Shown: positions 24,363 to 36,820 of the stretch, in pieces
How positions within the stretch are numbered: position 1 is the stretch's first letter
Layout: the number at the start of each line of letters is the position of its first letter
Assembly: GCF_018977255.1 (NCBI RefSeq)
Contig: NW_024704742.1
Span: 59,026,001 to 59,090,000, forward strand
Length of the DNA stretch: 64,000 nucleotides
Direction of reading: 5' to 3'
Source: Callorhinchus milii
Lineage: Eukaryota
The notes under the pieces: generated by a model
The model's input: the letters and a program-made list of their open reading frames with translations, nothing else
What the model was told of the DNA's origin: nothing
Databases searched by the model: none
Made by a program: the position numbers and the translations under genes

Positions 24363-25329
24363 CAGAAAGCTCATAAACACAATGCAGTATTTGGGATGAA
24401 TGGACTGTTTCTGTGCAATGACAATATAATTATATTTAATTCTTTGGACTGATGGATTCAGCAAAATTCACTATTTACAAATTTGAAGCACTACTAATTA
24501 ATCCTCCTGCAAACCACCATCTTTTTAGCCACAACACTGAAGTCATGCAGGACTTGCTGAGGTTTCAGTAGCTTTATTTATCATTGGAAGACAGGAGTTT
24601 CCCAAAACCTAACAGTAGTCTAAAGGTTAAGGCATGTTTCATATCAATGAAAGGATGTTCCTGCTCAAACCCTTCGTTTAACCTGTACGATGCAAACCCA
24701 AAGGGTTTAACAGTGATTAACAGTGCCAAGCAGGTCCATAACATTCCACAGCATTGCTGATGGCAGTCCAGCCAGCCTGCTTTATCAGAATGATTTGGAG
24801 TGACAGGAATTCTTCTTACTTAGCTCCTGTTAATCCTGCAAGGCAAAGTCCAAATGGGTAGGGTGGTCTAACTGGAAAAGCAATGGGAAGCCTACATAGG
24901 AGAATAGCACGTTGTGTCCATCCAGGGAGAGCGTGCACATTCCATTCCAGTGCACAGGCATTTCCATTCATGCAACTCTCAGTCTGATTTGGATACTCAT
25001 AAGCATGGTGATGGGTTTCCACATGTTCCAGGTGTTAAGAATCTTTGCAATTTGTACCCTTCAGCCCCTTCCTTAAGATTGTCCTCTGCTAACATGTTCG
25101 GATTTACATTATTGACCATTGACTGACAGTCTCCAGTCAATATAATTCTGTTAGAAACAAGACTAATCAAATGCTGGGATGCATCTCAAGGGTATTTGAT
25201 GATAAGTCAAAAACAAATCATTCTAACCTTATGTTGATCAATGAGAAGGCCATGTTTGGAACAGTTCTGCATAGGACATTGATAGATTGAGAAGGTTTAG
25301 CAATAAGGACACAGCAATAAGAATGATCC

Positions 25330-25704
25330 TCACACTCGTGTTCAAATCCCTTCATTCTCTGGCACCTCCCTACCTCTCCAAACTCATCACTCTGCAATCC
25401 ACTACCCGGCACCTCCGCTTGACTGGCACCAGCCTCCTGCTCGTCCCTCGCACTCTCCGCCTCACATCGGAGGTCGTGCTTTCAGCCACAATGCCCCGAA
25501 ACTCCAGAACACTCTCCTCCGCCTTGCCCTCTCTCTCCCCTTTTTCAAGTCCCATATGAAGACCTTCCTCTTCGCCCATGCATACAGTCAACTCCCCAAC
25601 CCCCAACCCCGGCTCGGAGTCAGGCTCCACCACTGTTAAATGCTTTGAGACACTACCCTGCATGGAGGGTGCTGTATAAGTGCAAGTTGTAATTGTTGTT
25701 GTTG
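25330..25704 (+). mobile_element. L2 3' fragment
   Basis: ORF ILTLVFKSLHSLAPPYLS; (GTT)n tail. Confidence 0.85.
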
Positions 25705-28700
25705 ATTCTGGGTCTTAGATTCTGACAAACATTAAGACTCACAGAACTACAGTTGTTTTGATTGGAACATATGAAAATGTATGGTGCAAGAAAAGATCAT
25801 TCACCCTTTCAAGTCCACAAACTATACTACTCCCACTCTATCATGACCTTTGCCCATAGATCATGTCTTCTGGGTGGAAACTTCTGCACAAATACTCTTG
25901 TGCTGGTCAATACATGAGGAAAAGGGACCTGGAATTCTCTCCTTCTACTACTCCTGCTTCATTCGCCTTTTTATCTGTCTTTAATTCCTGCCTCAAAACC
26001 TACCTACCTCTTCTCTTCTTTCCCCCTTGCTCAGAATCCAACTATGTCTATAACACAATTTGTTATTGTATGTGGAAAGGCTAGGGAGGAGATAATAGAA
26101 GTGGGAGATCTCACGTGAAGCATAAAGACCACCACAGACGAGTTGGGTTGAATGGCCTGTTTCATACTTGTAGACTGTATGTAATTATATCTAATCTTTC
26201 AATCCCCAAATAAATTATAACACCTTAAATATTCAATCTCTGACTCTTGCCTGATTCCCTCCATAGGCACTATCACCCTGACAAGATCCCTGGCAATGTC
26301 TGCAATAAATCGAAGCAAACTCTGCAGTATACATTCAGTATCAGGAGTCAAATGCCCCATTCAAGCAAGTGGTATCAGAACACCTTGGGTTTCCCTTCAG
26401 CTGCAATACAACAGTAGGCTGCAAAGATACACAGTCACTAAACTTGACAGTAAATACCATGAGCATTTTGAGATGTCCTCCTGACGTGAAAGGCCTGATA
26501 TCAACGGTAAGGAATATTATTATAGGATCTCTATAGTCGGTGAAAAATTAGCTTTTAAATAAAACATTTTTATCAACTTTTAAATGAAAGTTTCAACTTT
26601 TCTTAGCAGACTATCTGACTGCTCTTTTGGTTTGTAATATCATTGACAGTTCAGTGGGACTGGCTTGTCAGTGAAGTTAACAAACATTGTGGGTCAGTTT
26701 CCGGAGCTCAGGATCTGAACTCAATTGTGCAGGGTTAAAGGTTTTCTCAACAAGAGCACAACCTACAATCAAGGCACTTATGAAAGCGTAGAGGAACCTC
26801 ATCTCTCCTTCAGTAACTTTCCCCCAAATAAGCCACATGGCAGTCAAGACATAAATCCCAGAGTAATTCAATAATCACTCAGGTAGCAATCAGATAACAA
26901 GTACCATACGTGCCCAATTCTTTTTAAACAAAACAGGGTGTGGAAGATAATTCTTACTGGGGTCTTTAATAGGGTCAATTAAATCCAGGTTTTCTGCAGC
27001 AGGAGATGATGGAAGGGGTGGAACATAAATATTCACTTAGCAAGTATTCAATTACAAGGAGTTGACTGCAGTAAGTCTAGACGGTCAAACCTTACTAATG
27101 CTGTGTTTACACAGCCGCCTCAACAGTATAGCGATATGAAGTGGAAAAACCAGTTTATAATTCCTGTTCCATGTTGCTTTGAATTGGGCTGATATAAGCA
27201 AACAACAGAATTTGGTATTCTGCACATGTTGTATGGTCCAAATTGGCAGAATGCTGAAATTCAGTGCTTTTGTTCTTATTAAGCTATTATACGATAAAAT
27301 TTACTTTTACACAGGGCCTTTCACACTGAGAGGATGTACAAAGAACTTTGAACTACTAGCTGGGGGAGAGGTGACCGGATGTACATTTATAGAGTTAAGT
27401 ATTGGATATTAAAACGCCATTCACAAATTCTGCTCTGTAACAACATTAAGGAACAATACATTCCAAGTTTTAAATGGAGGACAGGAAGAACCCACTGCAT
27501 TTCATGCCCATATCACATTGCTCCTGACAACATACTGGCGTCAGAAGAGGAGAGCCAGCCTGATCTGCTCTGATTTGAACGCCCATTTACACTGCACATT
27601 TTGCAGTGGTTCACTTCAAATATCACTCTGAACCAGGATCAAATATACAATATAAGAGTGACTTAAAAGTGACACGTTTACTTAGCATTTTAATAGGAAA
27701 AGGTCTATGCCTTAAAAAAATGTGTTATCTCTGCATCACAGCAGAAAGAATGCCTATCTCATAAGAAGAAATGAAAGGTTGTATATGGTTAAACACATCA
27801 AAACAGAGAAATTGGAGTGCTGATGGATAGTGTTCTGTTATAACAGAGGAGGTTCCAGCCATGCTGTCAGTACAAGGACAATAACCTCTGATTTGTCAAC
27901 CCAGCAGCACATCTACTGATATTAAGTTTAATTTTAACCCTTTTAATTTAAAATAGAGGTAAAAATACTGACACAATAACTTGCATCGATATACGCCCCT
28001 CATGCAGGGTTGAACTAGATTGAATATGGGAGGTCCAGAAGGCCAGAGCTCCAGCCAGCTTTATGGTGGGGGGAAGGTGGGCATGCCCAGAATGTAAGTT
28101 TGTGCCATGGTCTCCTGCAATTTACCAAGCCCCAGACACGCTGTTGCGGAAAGCATTGAGCAGAGGCCGGCTGATCCCCACAGGCAGAATGGGAAGATCA
28201 GCGGGAGGTAGAGCAACACAGCCAGATGAAGCCTGCAAGCAGCTCATCTCTTTAGAATCCTGGCCAGAGCATGATGAACAGAAGAGAGAAAGAGAGAGTG
28301 AAAGAGAAAGAAAGAGAGCAGTCTACGAGATTGGACACAGGCAGATCATTGTGTAATAAATACATTAAAGATGTGGATCAACAAATCAATACATTGAAAG
28401 TGTTTGCACTATCAAAGATTTTGCATGAAATATCAGGGCAACATAAAACAATACAGCAGATTTTGGAGCATATTGTTCCTGTATTCAAGAAACTGAACCC
28501 ATCTGAAGACTCTCATGTCAGAATATCGTTGGAAAGCTGTCTCAAAGCCTTTTAATCCAGTATTTTGACAGTTTGTAGTGTGCTTTTCTACTGGGTCTAT
28601 CATAGACCCCACAGATGTCTATATTCAAACTGGAAACAAAACTCTGCAAGGTCCACAATGAATTTAAAAAGCAAGTTAACTACAAATATATGAGGATATC

Positions 28701-28954
28701 TCAAAGCGCCTTTCAGGATTTATTGTAAAATTTAGTGACTGTGTAAATTTGGAGATGAATGATGGGCAGAATAGCCTCTTCCTGTTTTCATCTATTATGA
28801 AGTAAAATGTATGCAATGCAAACTGTGACTAGCAATGTGCTAACTAACACTGGCAGGCATGATTTATATCGTTGTAAAGAACCACAAATGTGGTTCAATG
28901 ATACTTAAAGACGTCACCTGGTCCATGGGTGGGATTCACACAATTTATAATATG

Positions 28955-29220
28955 AATCCTTGCATTTGATATAATGCCTTGTCATGTCATTGAGAAGTCT
29001 CAAAGCACTTCACCAAATATATTGTGAAGTGGATTGACTCTGTATTTTGTGAGTGAAACATGGCTGCCAATTGCACACAGCAGTATCCCGCAGACAGTTG
29101 GGGATTTTTTAAATTAATAATTACTTGCTGAAAGCAATCTGTTTGCTACTCACGGAATTCAACCTGCTTACTGATAGTCAAACAGAGTCGTGTGGAGTAA
29201 GGAAACTCGTCTAAGGTTTG
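28955..29220 (-). mobile_element. tRNA SINE, long subfamily, degenerate
   Basis: Tail and 'gtgtggagtaaggaaact' body. Confidence 0.85.
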
Positions 29221-30049
29221 AACTTTGGCACAGTGGTTGAGCCCGTGGCGTGTGATATTGGAGTTGCAGGTCCATATGTTGGAGTAATAGTTAACAGACC
29301 TAACTCAACAAAACATTAAGCCATTAACTCCCGACTTGGCCCTCTAGTGCCATGATCCATGGGCCAATAAGTCAAATGGACACCAACAGAACAGCCCAAA
29401 GTTGGGCACAACCATTGTAACAGAATTGTGGGGATGTCACTATTAAAAGTGTTCAACAATGTAATAATTAACTGTTATCTGTCACCAGTATTAATTAACA
29501 CATCAGAAGTCCCAATTTTCACCCCAGCTAAATACAAAGCATTTCAAACTTGCTTCATCCAACACAATGCCTTGCAACACCGCAGCTGAAGCTATGAAAC
29601 AAACTCTCTCTAAAATTGCCTAGTTATCCTTTAAAACAGGAAAATAAACCTCACCTCACAAGACTTACCTCTTTGACCATGCTTTTGGTCATCTTCCCTC
29701 TCATCAGTTTCCCCCCCACCCCAACCCACTCCCTGGCTCAGGTACCGAGCCAACAGTGTACAGTGTTTTGAGACTTCCTCCAGATGTGAAAGGTACTTTA
29801 TGAATGTAAATTATATTGTATTGCAATCATAGTGGGAAGGGGGCAGGGGTCAAGGCCACCATCAATGTGGACCTCACAAATCATCCAAAAAATAAATGGT
29901 ATATCGCAACCCATCTTCCCTTGTCTCTCAAATACAAGTCTCTCAACCACACAGAAACATCCCTGCTGTATACCCATGCTCAGCTTGGCTGTATAATTTA
30001 ACCTTTATATTTTTTAATATTCCGTTTAATCCCTGATATTGATTTCTGA

Positions 30050-30350
30050 ATAAGTAACCGGTTTTATTTAATGCTGTGGTGGACTCAGCTGGTTCTATTG
30101 ATTACGAGTCATAAATGTTGCATAGCAACTGCTCAGTCAGTTGCAGACCATAATGAACCAGTAGGTGAAAATTTCAAATCAATGAAGCGCTAATGGCCAT
30201 GATATGACAAGCCTCGTCTTGACTGTGAGTGCGGAGAGCGCTGGAGATAGCTTGCATTCGAGTCCAGCTGAGCAAAGCCGCTGGCACCAGATATTACACG
30301 ACGTGTGCCACAAGCACTTCCTCTACTGGGGCCAATTAACCAAAACTGCA
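30050..30350. promoter_or_regulatory. Candidate conserved element with RFX X-box and Hox-like sites
   Basis: GTTGCATAGCAAC palindrome, TGATTACG, TCATAAA; CpG retention; repeat-free. Confidence 0.4.
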
Positions 30351-30959
30351 GGGTTTAAAACCTTCCTTTTTTATCTTTATTAAAGTTGTTTCCTGTTTTT
30401 TATGTTTCTTTTGTAGCTTCCATCTCTCCCACCCATCAGCCCATATTTTCTTTAAGGTATCAGCTGAGGGCAAACACACACGGAGGATGGTGGGGGGTGG
30501 TCTTCTACTTTCCTACTTCTCTGTGTCCCTCCCTGAGTAAACCAAAAGATACTAAAATTCACATGGTAAATGTGAAGGTCTTTCCACAAAAGCAGAAATA
30601 ATACGGTATGTATGCAATGAATGGCAATCAATTGAAGCTGCATCACAGTAGAAAAGGAGTACACGTGTATTTCATTGTACATGACCATGGTTTCAAAAGC
30701 TAACAGAATGTTAGGAAATGAAGACAGTGGATTACAACTCTACAGAATCTGAACTGAAGCTTAACAATGTCAGTCACCAGTCAAAAATTTGTTCTACAGT
30801 AGGTCACCTGGTCAAATGCACATGCAGGGTGGGCGACCATGAAGAGCAGCACAGCTAAGCCTGATTCTATAGATAATATGCATAGAGGGGTGCCTACAAG
30901 ATTTTTCACAATCATTCTCTGTCACCCACCATCACCACAGCAAGATAGAGGCATCAATA

Positions 30960-31030
30960 AAACCCTGAGTCACTTTCCTTTCTCCATAAATGGTGCCTGA
31001 CCTGCTGAGTGTTCCCAGCGATTTGCTTTT
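30960..31030 (+). mobile_element. Penelope-like terminal fragment
   Basis: 'tcactttcctttctccataaatggtgcctgacctgctgagtgttcccagc'. Confidence 0.7.
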
Positions 31031-31231
31031 GTAAAAAAAACTCTGGGAGCAGCTCAAATGTTTTATCGGGATTGGAGTCTGTTGTAAGGGCCTCAAAGAG
31101 GGAGAGAAAGGGAAAAAGAATAAAAAAAGGAAAAATGCTGACCGTGCCAGTGGAGGAATACTGGATTGATTCACAAAATGCAAAGGTTTTGAGCATCAGA
31201 GGTCAAATAATTCAAACGCTAGGAGTAATCA

Positions 31232-31544
31232 TTAATAATAATAATTGCATTTGATGTAGCGCTTTTTACGTCTTCTAGAAGTCTCAAAGCGCTTCACAGA
31301 ATATACTGTAAAGTGAATTGACTGTATATTTGTGGACGAAACGCGGCAGCTAATTGCGCACAGCAGTGTCCCACAAACAGTGGTGGATTGAAGTGACCAA
31401 TTTTTTGTATTGTTGTTTCTTCAGGGGTTATAATTAGGTATGTGGAGTAAGGAAACGTGCCCAAGGTTTCACCCTGCTGGGAATCAAACTCAGGTGTCTC
31501 GCTTGCGAGGCGAGTGCTCTAACCACTGAGCTACAGGACTCCAC
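31232..31544 (-). mobile_element. Full-length tRNA SINE (CGC anticodon, short body)
   Basis: Ends in 'ctaaccactgagctacaggactccac'. Confidence 0.92.
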
Positions 31545-31984
31545 AGTATTACAGAAACTGCTTTTCTGCGCTGCTGGGAACCCGTTGAAACAAAATAAAA
31601 TATTTAAAAATACAATTTAGAAAGATCTCTGAGGATATAAATAAATGCATCGCTGCCAATCCAATAATTCATCATAATCCAATCACAATATAAGGAAATC
31701 AGTTGCACATCAGTTTGGGAGTTTACATAAATAAACTATAACAATAATAATTCTTCCATTTGATACAGCAGATTATCATGTCACCAAGACATCTCAAAAC
31801 GCTTCACAAAATATACTGTACAATGGATTGACTATTTTGTTTGCACAACGCCCATTTTGGGAACGTTAAGGTAGATGTAGCTTGAGCTATAGTCACTCAC
31901 ATGGCGCTTTTTTCTTCACAACTTGTTCTTACAATAGGTCATCCTTTGTTACAGCTCTAAAATTCATGTTGAGATTGTTCTTTC

Positions 31985-32340
31985 ACTCCCTTGAGAAAAA
32001 TAGATGAATGAGTAATTTCATTGAGATATTTCAAATAGTGAAAGGAGTTGACAGGTGAGATGGTGGATGTTCGATGGATCCATTACAAAGATCCGTAGCC
32101 TTAAAATCAGACGTCAGTTAGAAATGAGGTAAAGAAGGATTTTTTCACCCAGAGGCTTATGAAGATGTGAAATACTCTTGCCCAGATAGCTGTAGAGGTG
32201 GAATTAATAGGGATGTTTAAATGAGAGTTAGACAGAGATGGGGTAGTAGAGGTATTAAGAGTTATAACACAACGTTCCATTTAATTGAAGGGACAGGTTC
32301 ATGAGCTGAATAGCCTTTTCTTACAAAATGCTCTTACATA
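31985..32340 (+). mobile_element. Old CR1 3' fragment
   Basis: 'ttcattgagatatttcaaatagtgaaagg', 'ttttttcacccagagg' (FFTQR). Confidence 0.75.
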
Positions 32341-32569
32341 AACAACAGCCCCTCACTTATAGTCAGAGCCATGAGATTTTCCTTGTTACAACAATCCAAC
32401 CTCAATCATGTTGCCACATTTATTCTATCTGCTGAAAGGCATTTCACTTAAAGAATCATAGAATGAACACACAGTATATCAAAGGTACAATGAATAAATT
32501 TAACCAAAAGGAGACGAGTGAAGTTTAAAATTTAGAAAGACAACAAACAGCTGCAATATCAGGTAGACA

Positions 32570-32875
32570 CTCCACTGCAGTGTTTGGAGAGATTGGAGAT
32601 GTTTTCCTTTGGATGACACCCTAAGACAAGGTTCAATTTGTCTGTTCAGGTGTAAATCAAACATTCCATGATTTTATTTAAAACAAGAAGGGTGTTATGG
32701 CCAATAATCTTATTAATAAATTATACATTTGCGTCATGGTTGTTTGTTGGATCTTGCTGTGTGCAAATTGACTGCTGTAATAGCATACAAAAATATGGTC
32801 ACTAAACTTAAAAACAAAGAGCTTTGAGACATTTCCACATTTCAGGTGCTGCATCAAATGCAAGGATTATTATCT
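32570..32875 (+). mobile_element. Old Deu SINE
   Basis: Degenerate Deu core plus 'atcaaatgcaaggattatt' tail. Confidence 0.7.
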
Positions 32876-33324
32876 GTTATTATATGAGAGTGAAGAAAGG
32901 ACATACACTTTATTGTCTCTTATCATGCTTAAATATCTCGAAGCGGTTCACAAATGATTACGTTTAAGTGTAATGAATTATTTATTGTAAGCAAACCTGG
33001 CATCCATTTCCATCAGCAAGGTCCCACAAAGATCCATGAGGTAACAGATCAATTAATATGGAGAATTGCTTACCAGGACACCAGGAGAAACTCACTTCAA
33101 TTTTTGAATAGTGCTTTACAATCTTCAAAGTTTACCTTGGATCAGCCAAGTGGTCTGACACTGCAGGTCAGCTGTATTTGGAGCCCATTCTGAATACTCT
33201 ATCTTTAGCTGTGCTGTAAATTTACACTCGTCTTCATTGGCATCAAAATACTAATAACAGGCACAGCGTGAATGTTGAAGAGCCAGTCAGGAGCTGATTA
33301 GATTTCATCTGAAGACTTCCAACT

Positions 33325-33620
33325 CTTATTTTCAAAAGTTTTCACTATTAAATCCTTTCATAGTCTTGCACCACCATCTAAACCCTACCGAAACCAGCTT
33401 GCTCCCTCCACATGTCCCATGCTCTGCCCTCCCCACCATTGATCTTCGACCTTTCTGCCCCTTTCAGTCTCTCTGCCCCTCTTCTGTGGAGCTCCACTCT
33501 AGAGACCCTCCGTCTTGCCCCTTTGCTTGCTTCTTTCAAGATCTATCTTAAGACCTTCCTCTTTGACCACACCTTTGGTCATCTTTCCAATCCTACCTCC
33601 TTGCCCCCACTGCTCCCGAA
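33325..33620 (+). mobile_element. L2 3' fragment
   Basis: ORF fragment LASFKIYLKTFLFD. Confidence 0.75.
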
Positions 33621-34159
33621 TGCACTACACTGGCATAAACAGCTGGCAATTGTGGATTTAAAGCTACAGTAGTGCCATCCCATCCTGACACAATGATAGG
33701 CTTTTCATTTACCCTATGCTTTAATGCAAAGAGAATCAAAATATTTTGGAGACCCGCATCGATGTAATGCAAGTGCACCAAACTAACTTATTTTCCATGG
33801 TGTTATGAAAATTCAGATTGATAGAATCTGCATTTAGCCAGTTCAGATTTGCCACAGTGGAAATATTCCTAGTGGATTACCTTTAATACTACAATGGGAA
33901 GACAGAAGGATGGCTTTTCTGGAAAGATTAGATCTAATGATTTTGTCTGGAAATTTCCAGGACAAGAATGACTCTTTCATTTGGAAATGAAAACCAGCTT
34001 GTGCAATCAGTGGATAGTGCTCTTTGGCCATTCTTACTGCAATTCTAACTTCAGATAGGTTACTTACATGATTACACATTAGCCCTCTCTGAAAGTGAAC
34101 CATGGAAAGTTGCTAGCAGATTCATCAGCTGCATTGAAATCCTGTGTCATATATATATA

Positions 34160-34713
34160 TGATAAAAAAATAATTTGGTCACTCAATCCCTGATTGTTTG
34201 TGGGATACTGCTGTGCACAATTGGCTACCGCATTTCGCCCACAAATATAGTCTTTATGTACACTTTACAGTGTATTCTGTGAAGCGCTTCGAGACGTTCT
34301 GAAGGCGTGAAAAGCACTATATCAAATGTAAGGATTATTATTATTATTATAATCCTTGTGTGATAACGCCTTATCGTGTCTTCGAGATGTCTCGAAAAGT
34401 TCACAGAATATACTGTAAATTGGATTGACTGTATATTTCGTGGGCGAAATGCAGCAACCAATTGCACGCAGCAGTGTCCCACAAACAGTCATGGATCAAG
34501 AGACCAATTTATTTATTTATTTATTTTGAAGGAATTATTAACCCCAGAAGAGCAATCCACCAATTGACTAACAACCAGGCTCCTACTTACTGCTAAGGAA
34601 ATAGGCATGTGGATTAAGGAAACATGCCTAAAGTTTGGTACTGCCCAGTAATCAACACCAGGTCCTTTTGCTTGCAAGGCGAGTGCTCTAACCAATACAC
34701 TACAGGACTCCAC
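34160..34713. mobile_element. Tail-to-tail pair of tRNA SINEs (+ 34160-34345; - 34340-34713)
   Basis: Shared central 'ggattattattattattataatcc'; minus copy ends 'ctacaggactccac'. Confidence 0.9.
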
Positions 34714-35072
34714 AATATCATTCTGCTCTCAATAGTAAATAATATCTCAAGATAGAGTGTATAGTTTGGGACACGATGTGTCATGGGACTGCCAGGATGG
34801 TGGAAGGCGAACTGGACGGACGTTTGTCTTCTTTCGCCTAGTAAATTCTTATGTTCTTATGTTCTTATCAATCATGTTATTATATGTACGGGCATTTACA
34901 GAGCATTAAGTTGTCTTGTAAGGCGAGGTGTCACCAGTTAATTTAATGCAACACCACCCAGCTTGTGAAATAACTCTCGGCAAACCCTTGATATAATTTG
35001 AAGGAGGAAGGAAGAGATGCGTTCCATAGGGGTTACTATGACTCAGATCAAATGTGGTCTCAAGGGGTTTGA

Positions 35073-36820
35073 AACAAAAACAACAACAAGATTACATTTG
35101 TATAGTGCCTTTCACATCGGGAGACCGTCCCAAGGTCCTGGACAGTGTAGAGCATTTCAGACCCGAGCTGGGGTCAGGGAGGGAGAAGGGAGGGGAGGGG
35201 AAGTGGTGTGGCTGATGGCATGGTTGAAGAGGAGGGTTTTGAGGCAGGACTTGAAGGAGGCTAAGGAGGGGGCGAGGCGTAGTGATTGGGCGATGGATTT
35301 CCAGAGGTTGGGGGCAGAGTGGTTGAAAGCTATCCCACCAATGGTGAGGCGGGTGGGTCAGGGGACGTGGAGCAGGCCAGAGCTGGCTGAGCGGAAGGAA
35401 CAGGTGGGTTGGTAGGGGGTTAGGAGGTTACAGAGATAGGGTGGGGCGAGATCACTGAGGGCTTTGTAGGTGAGGACCAGGATTTTGAACTGGATCCTCT
35501 GAAGGATAGGGAGTCACTGGAGACGGGTGAAAATGGGGGAGATGGCGTCACGGAGCTTGGTGCAGGAGAGGACACGGGCTGCAGAGTTTTGGATTATCTG
35601 CAGCCTGTGGAGGGCTCTGTCCTCGTCCCCTCCTCTTCACCCTCTATATACCCTTGGTGACATCATCCACAGACATGGGGTTAACGTCCACATGTATGCG
35701 GATGACACCCAACTCTACCTTTCCTCCTCTACCCTCAACTCCACGACCACCGGTGTCCTGACAGCTGCCTGTCCGACATCGAGTCCTGGACGAGAGACAA
35801 CTTTCTTCAGCTCAACGTGCGTAAAACTGAGGCCCTCCTGATTGGCTCACGTCAGCGCCTCCGCACCTCAGGCGCTGACAGCATCAGCATCCAAGGCTGC
35901 ACTCTCCACCTCTCAAAGCCAGTCAGGAACCTCGGCGTTTTGTTCGACCCTGAGCTGTCCTTTCTCCCTCATATCCGCCACTGCTGGCACCGCCTTCCAT
36001 CACCTCCGGAATGTCGCCAGACTACGGCACTACCTCACCCCTCACGCGGCTAAAACTCTGGTCCACGTCATTATCACCTCAAGGCTGGACTATGGGAACT
36101 CTCTCCTCGCCGGCCTTCCCGCCACCTCCCTCCACAAGCTGCAGGTCATTCAGAACTCTGCAGCTCGTGTACTGTCCCGCACCAGGCTTCGCGACCACAT
36201 CACTCCCACCCTCGCTCGCCTCCACTGGCTCCCCATCCCCCAGAGGATCGAATTCAAGATCCTCATCCTCACCTACAAGGCCATTCACAGCCTCGCTCCC
36301 TCCTTCCTCTCTGACCTACTATCCCCCTACCTACCTGCCCGTACCCACCGTTCCTCTGGCAATGGTCTGCTCCACATCCCCCGCCCCAACCGCCCTACCA
36401 TCGGTGGTCGGGCCTTCAGCCTCTCAGCCCCGAGGCTCTGGAACTCTATCCCCCAGTGCCTTCGCCGCCTCCTCCCTTTCCTCCTTCAAGGCCGGTCTCA
36501 AGACCTTTCTCTTTGACCGTGCCTTCAGCTCCCCTCTCGACTCTCTACCCCCCCTCGCTCCCTCCCTTCCCTCCCCTCACCCTGACCATTTCCCCCCTGC
36601 TCGGGTCCTGACCCAACTGTACAGCGCCTTGGGACGTCCTCCCGACGTAAAAGGCGCTCTATAAATGGAATCTTGTTGTTGTTGTTGTTGTTGTGGAGGA
36701 GTTGGGAAGGCTGACAAGCAGGGCATTTGCATAGTCGAGCCTGAAGGTGATGAAGGCATGAACAAGAGTTTCAGCGGCCTGAGGGGTGAGGTAGTGGCGG
36801 AGTCGGGCAATGTTACGAAA
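35073..36820 (-). mobile_element. Older L2 fragment (35073-35613 and 36692-36820) split by a younger L2
   Basis: Antisense L2 sequence resumes collinearly after the insertion. Confidence 0.88.
35614..36693 (+). mobile_element. Young 5'-truncated L2 LINE with frameshifts
   Basis: [36 protein letters not shown] motifs; (GTT)n tail; TSD TGTGGAGG. Confidence 0.95.

Noticed and set aside
28271..28555. 94-aa ORF with protein-like composition
   Set aside because: Begins in a (GA)-rich tract, has no recognisable motif and no clear splice sites; needs BLAST support
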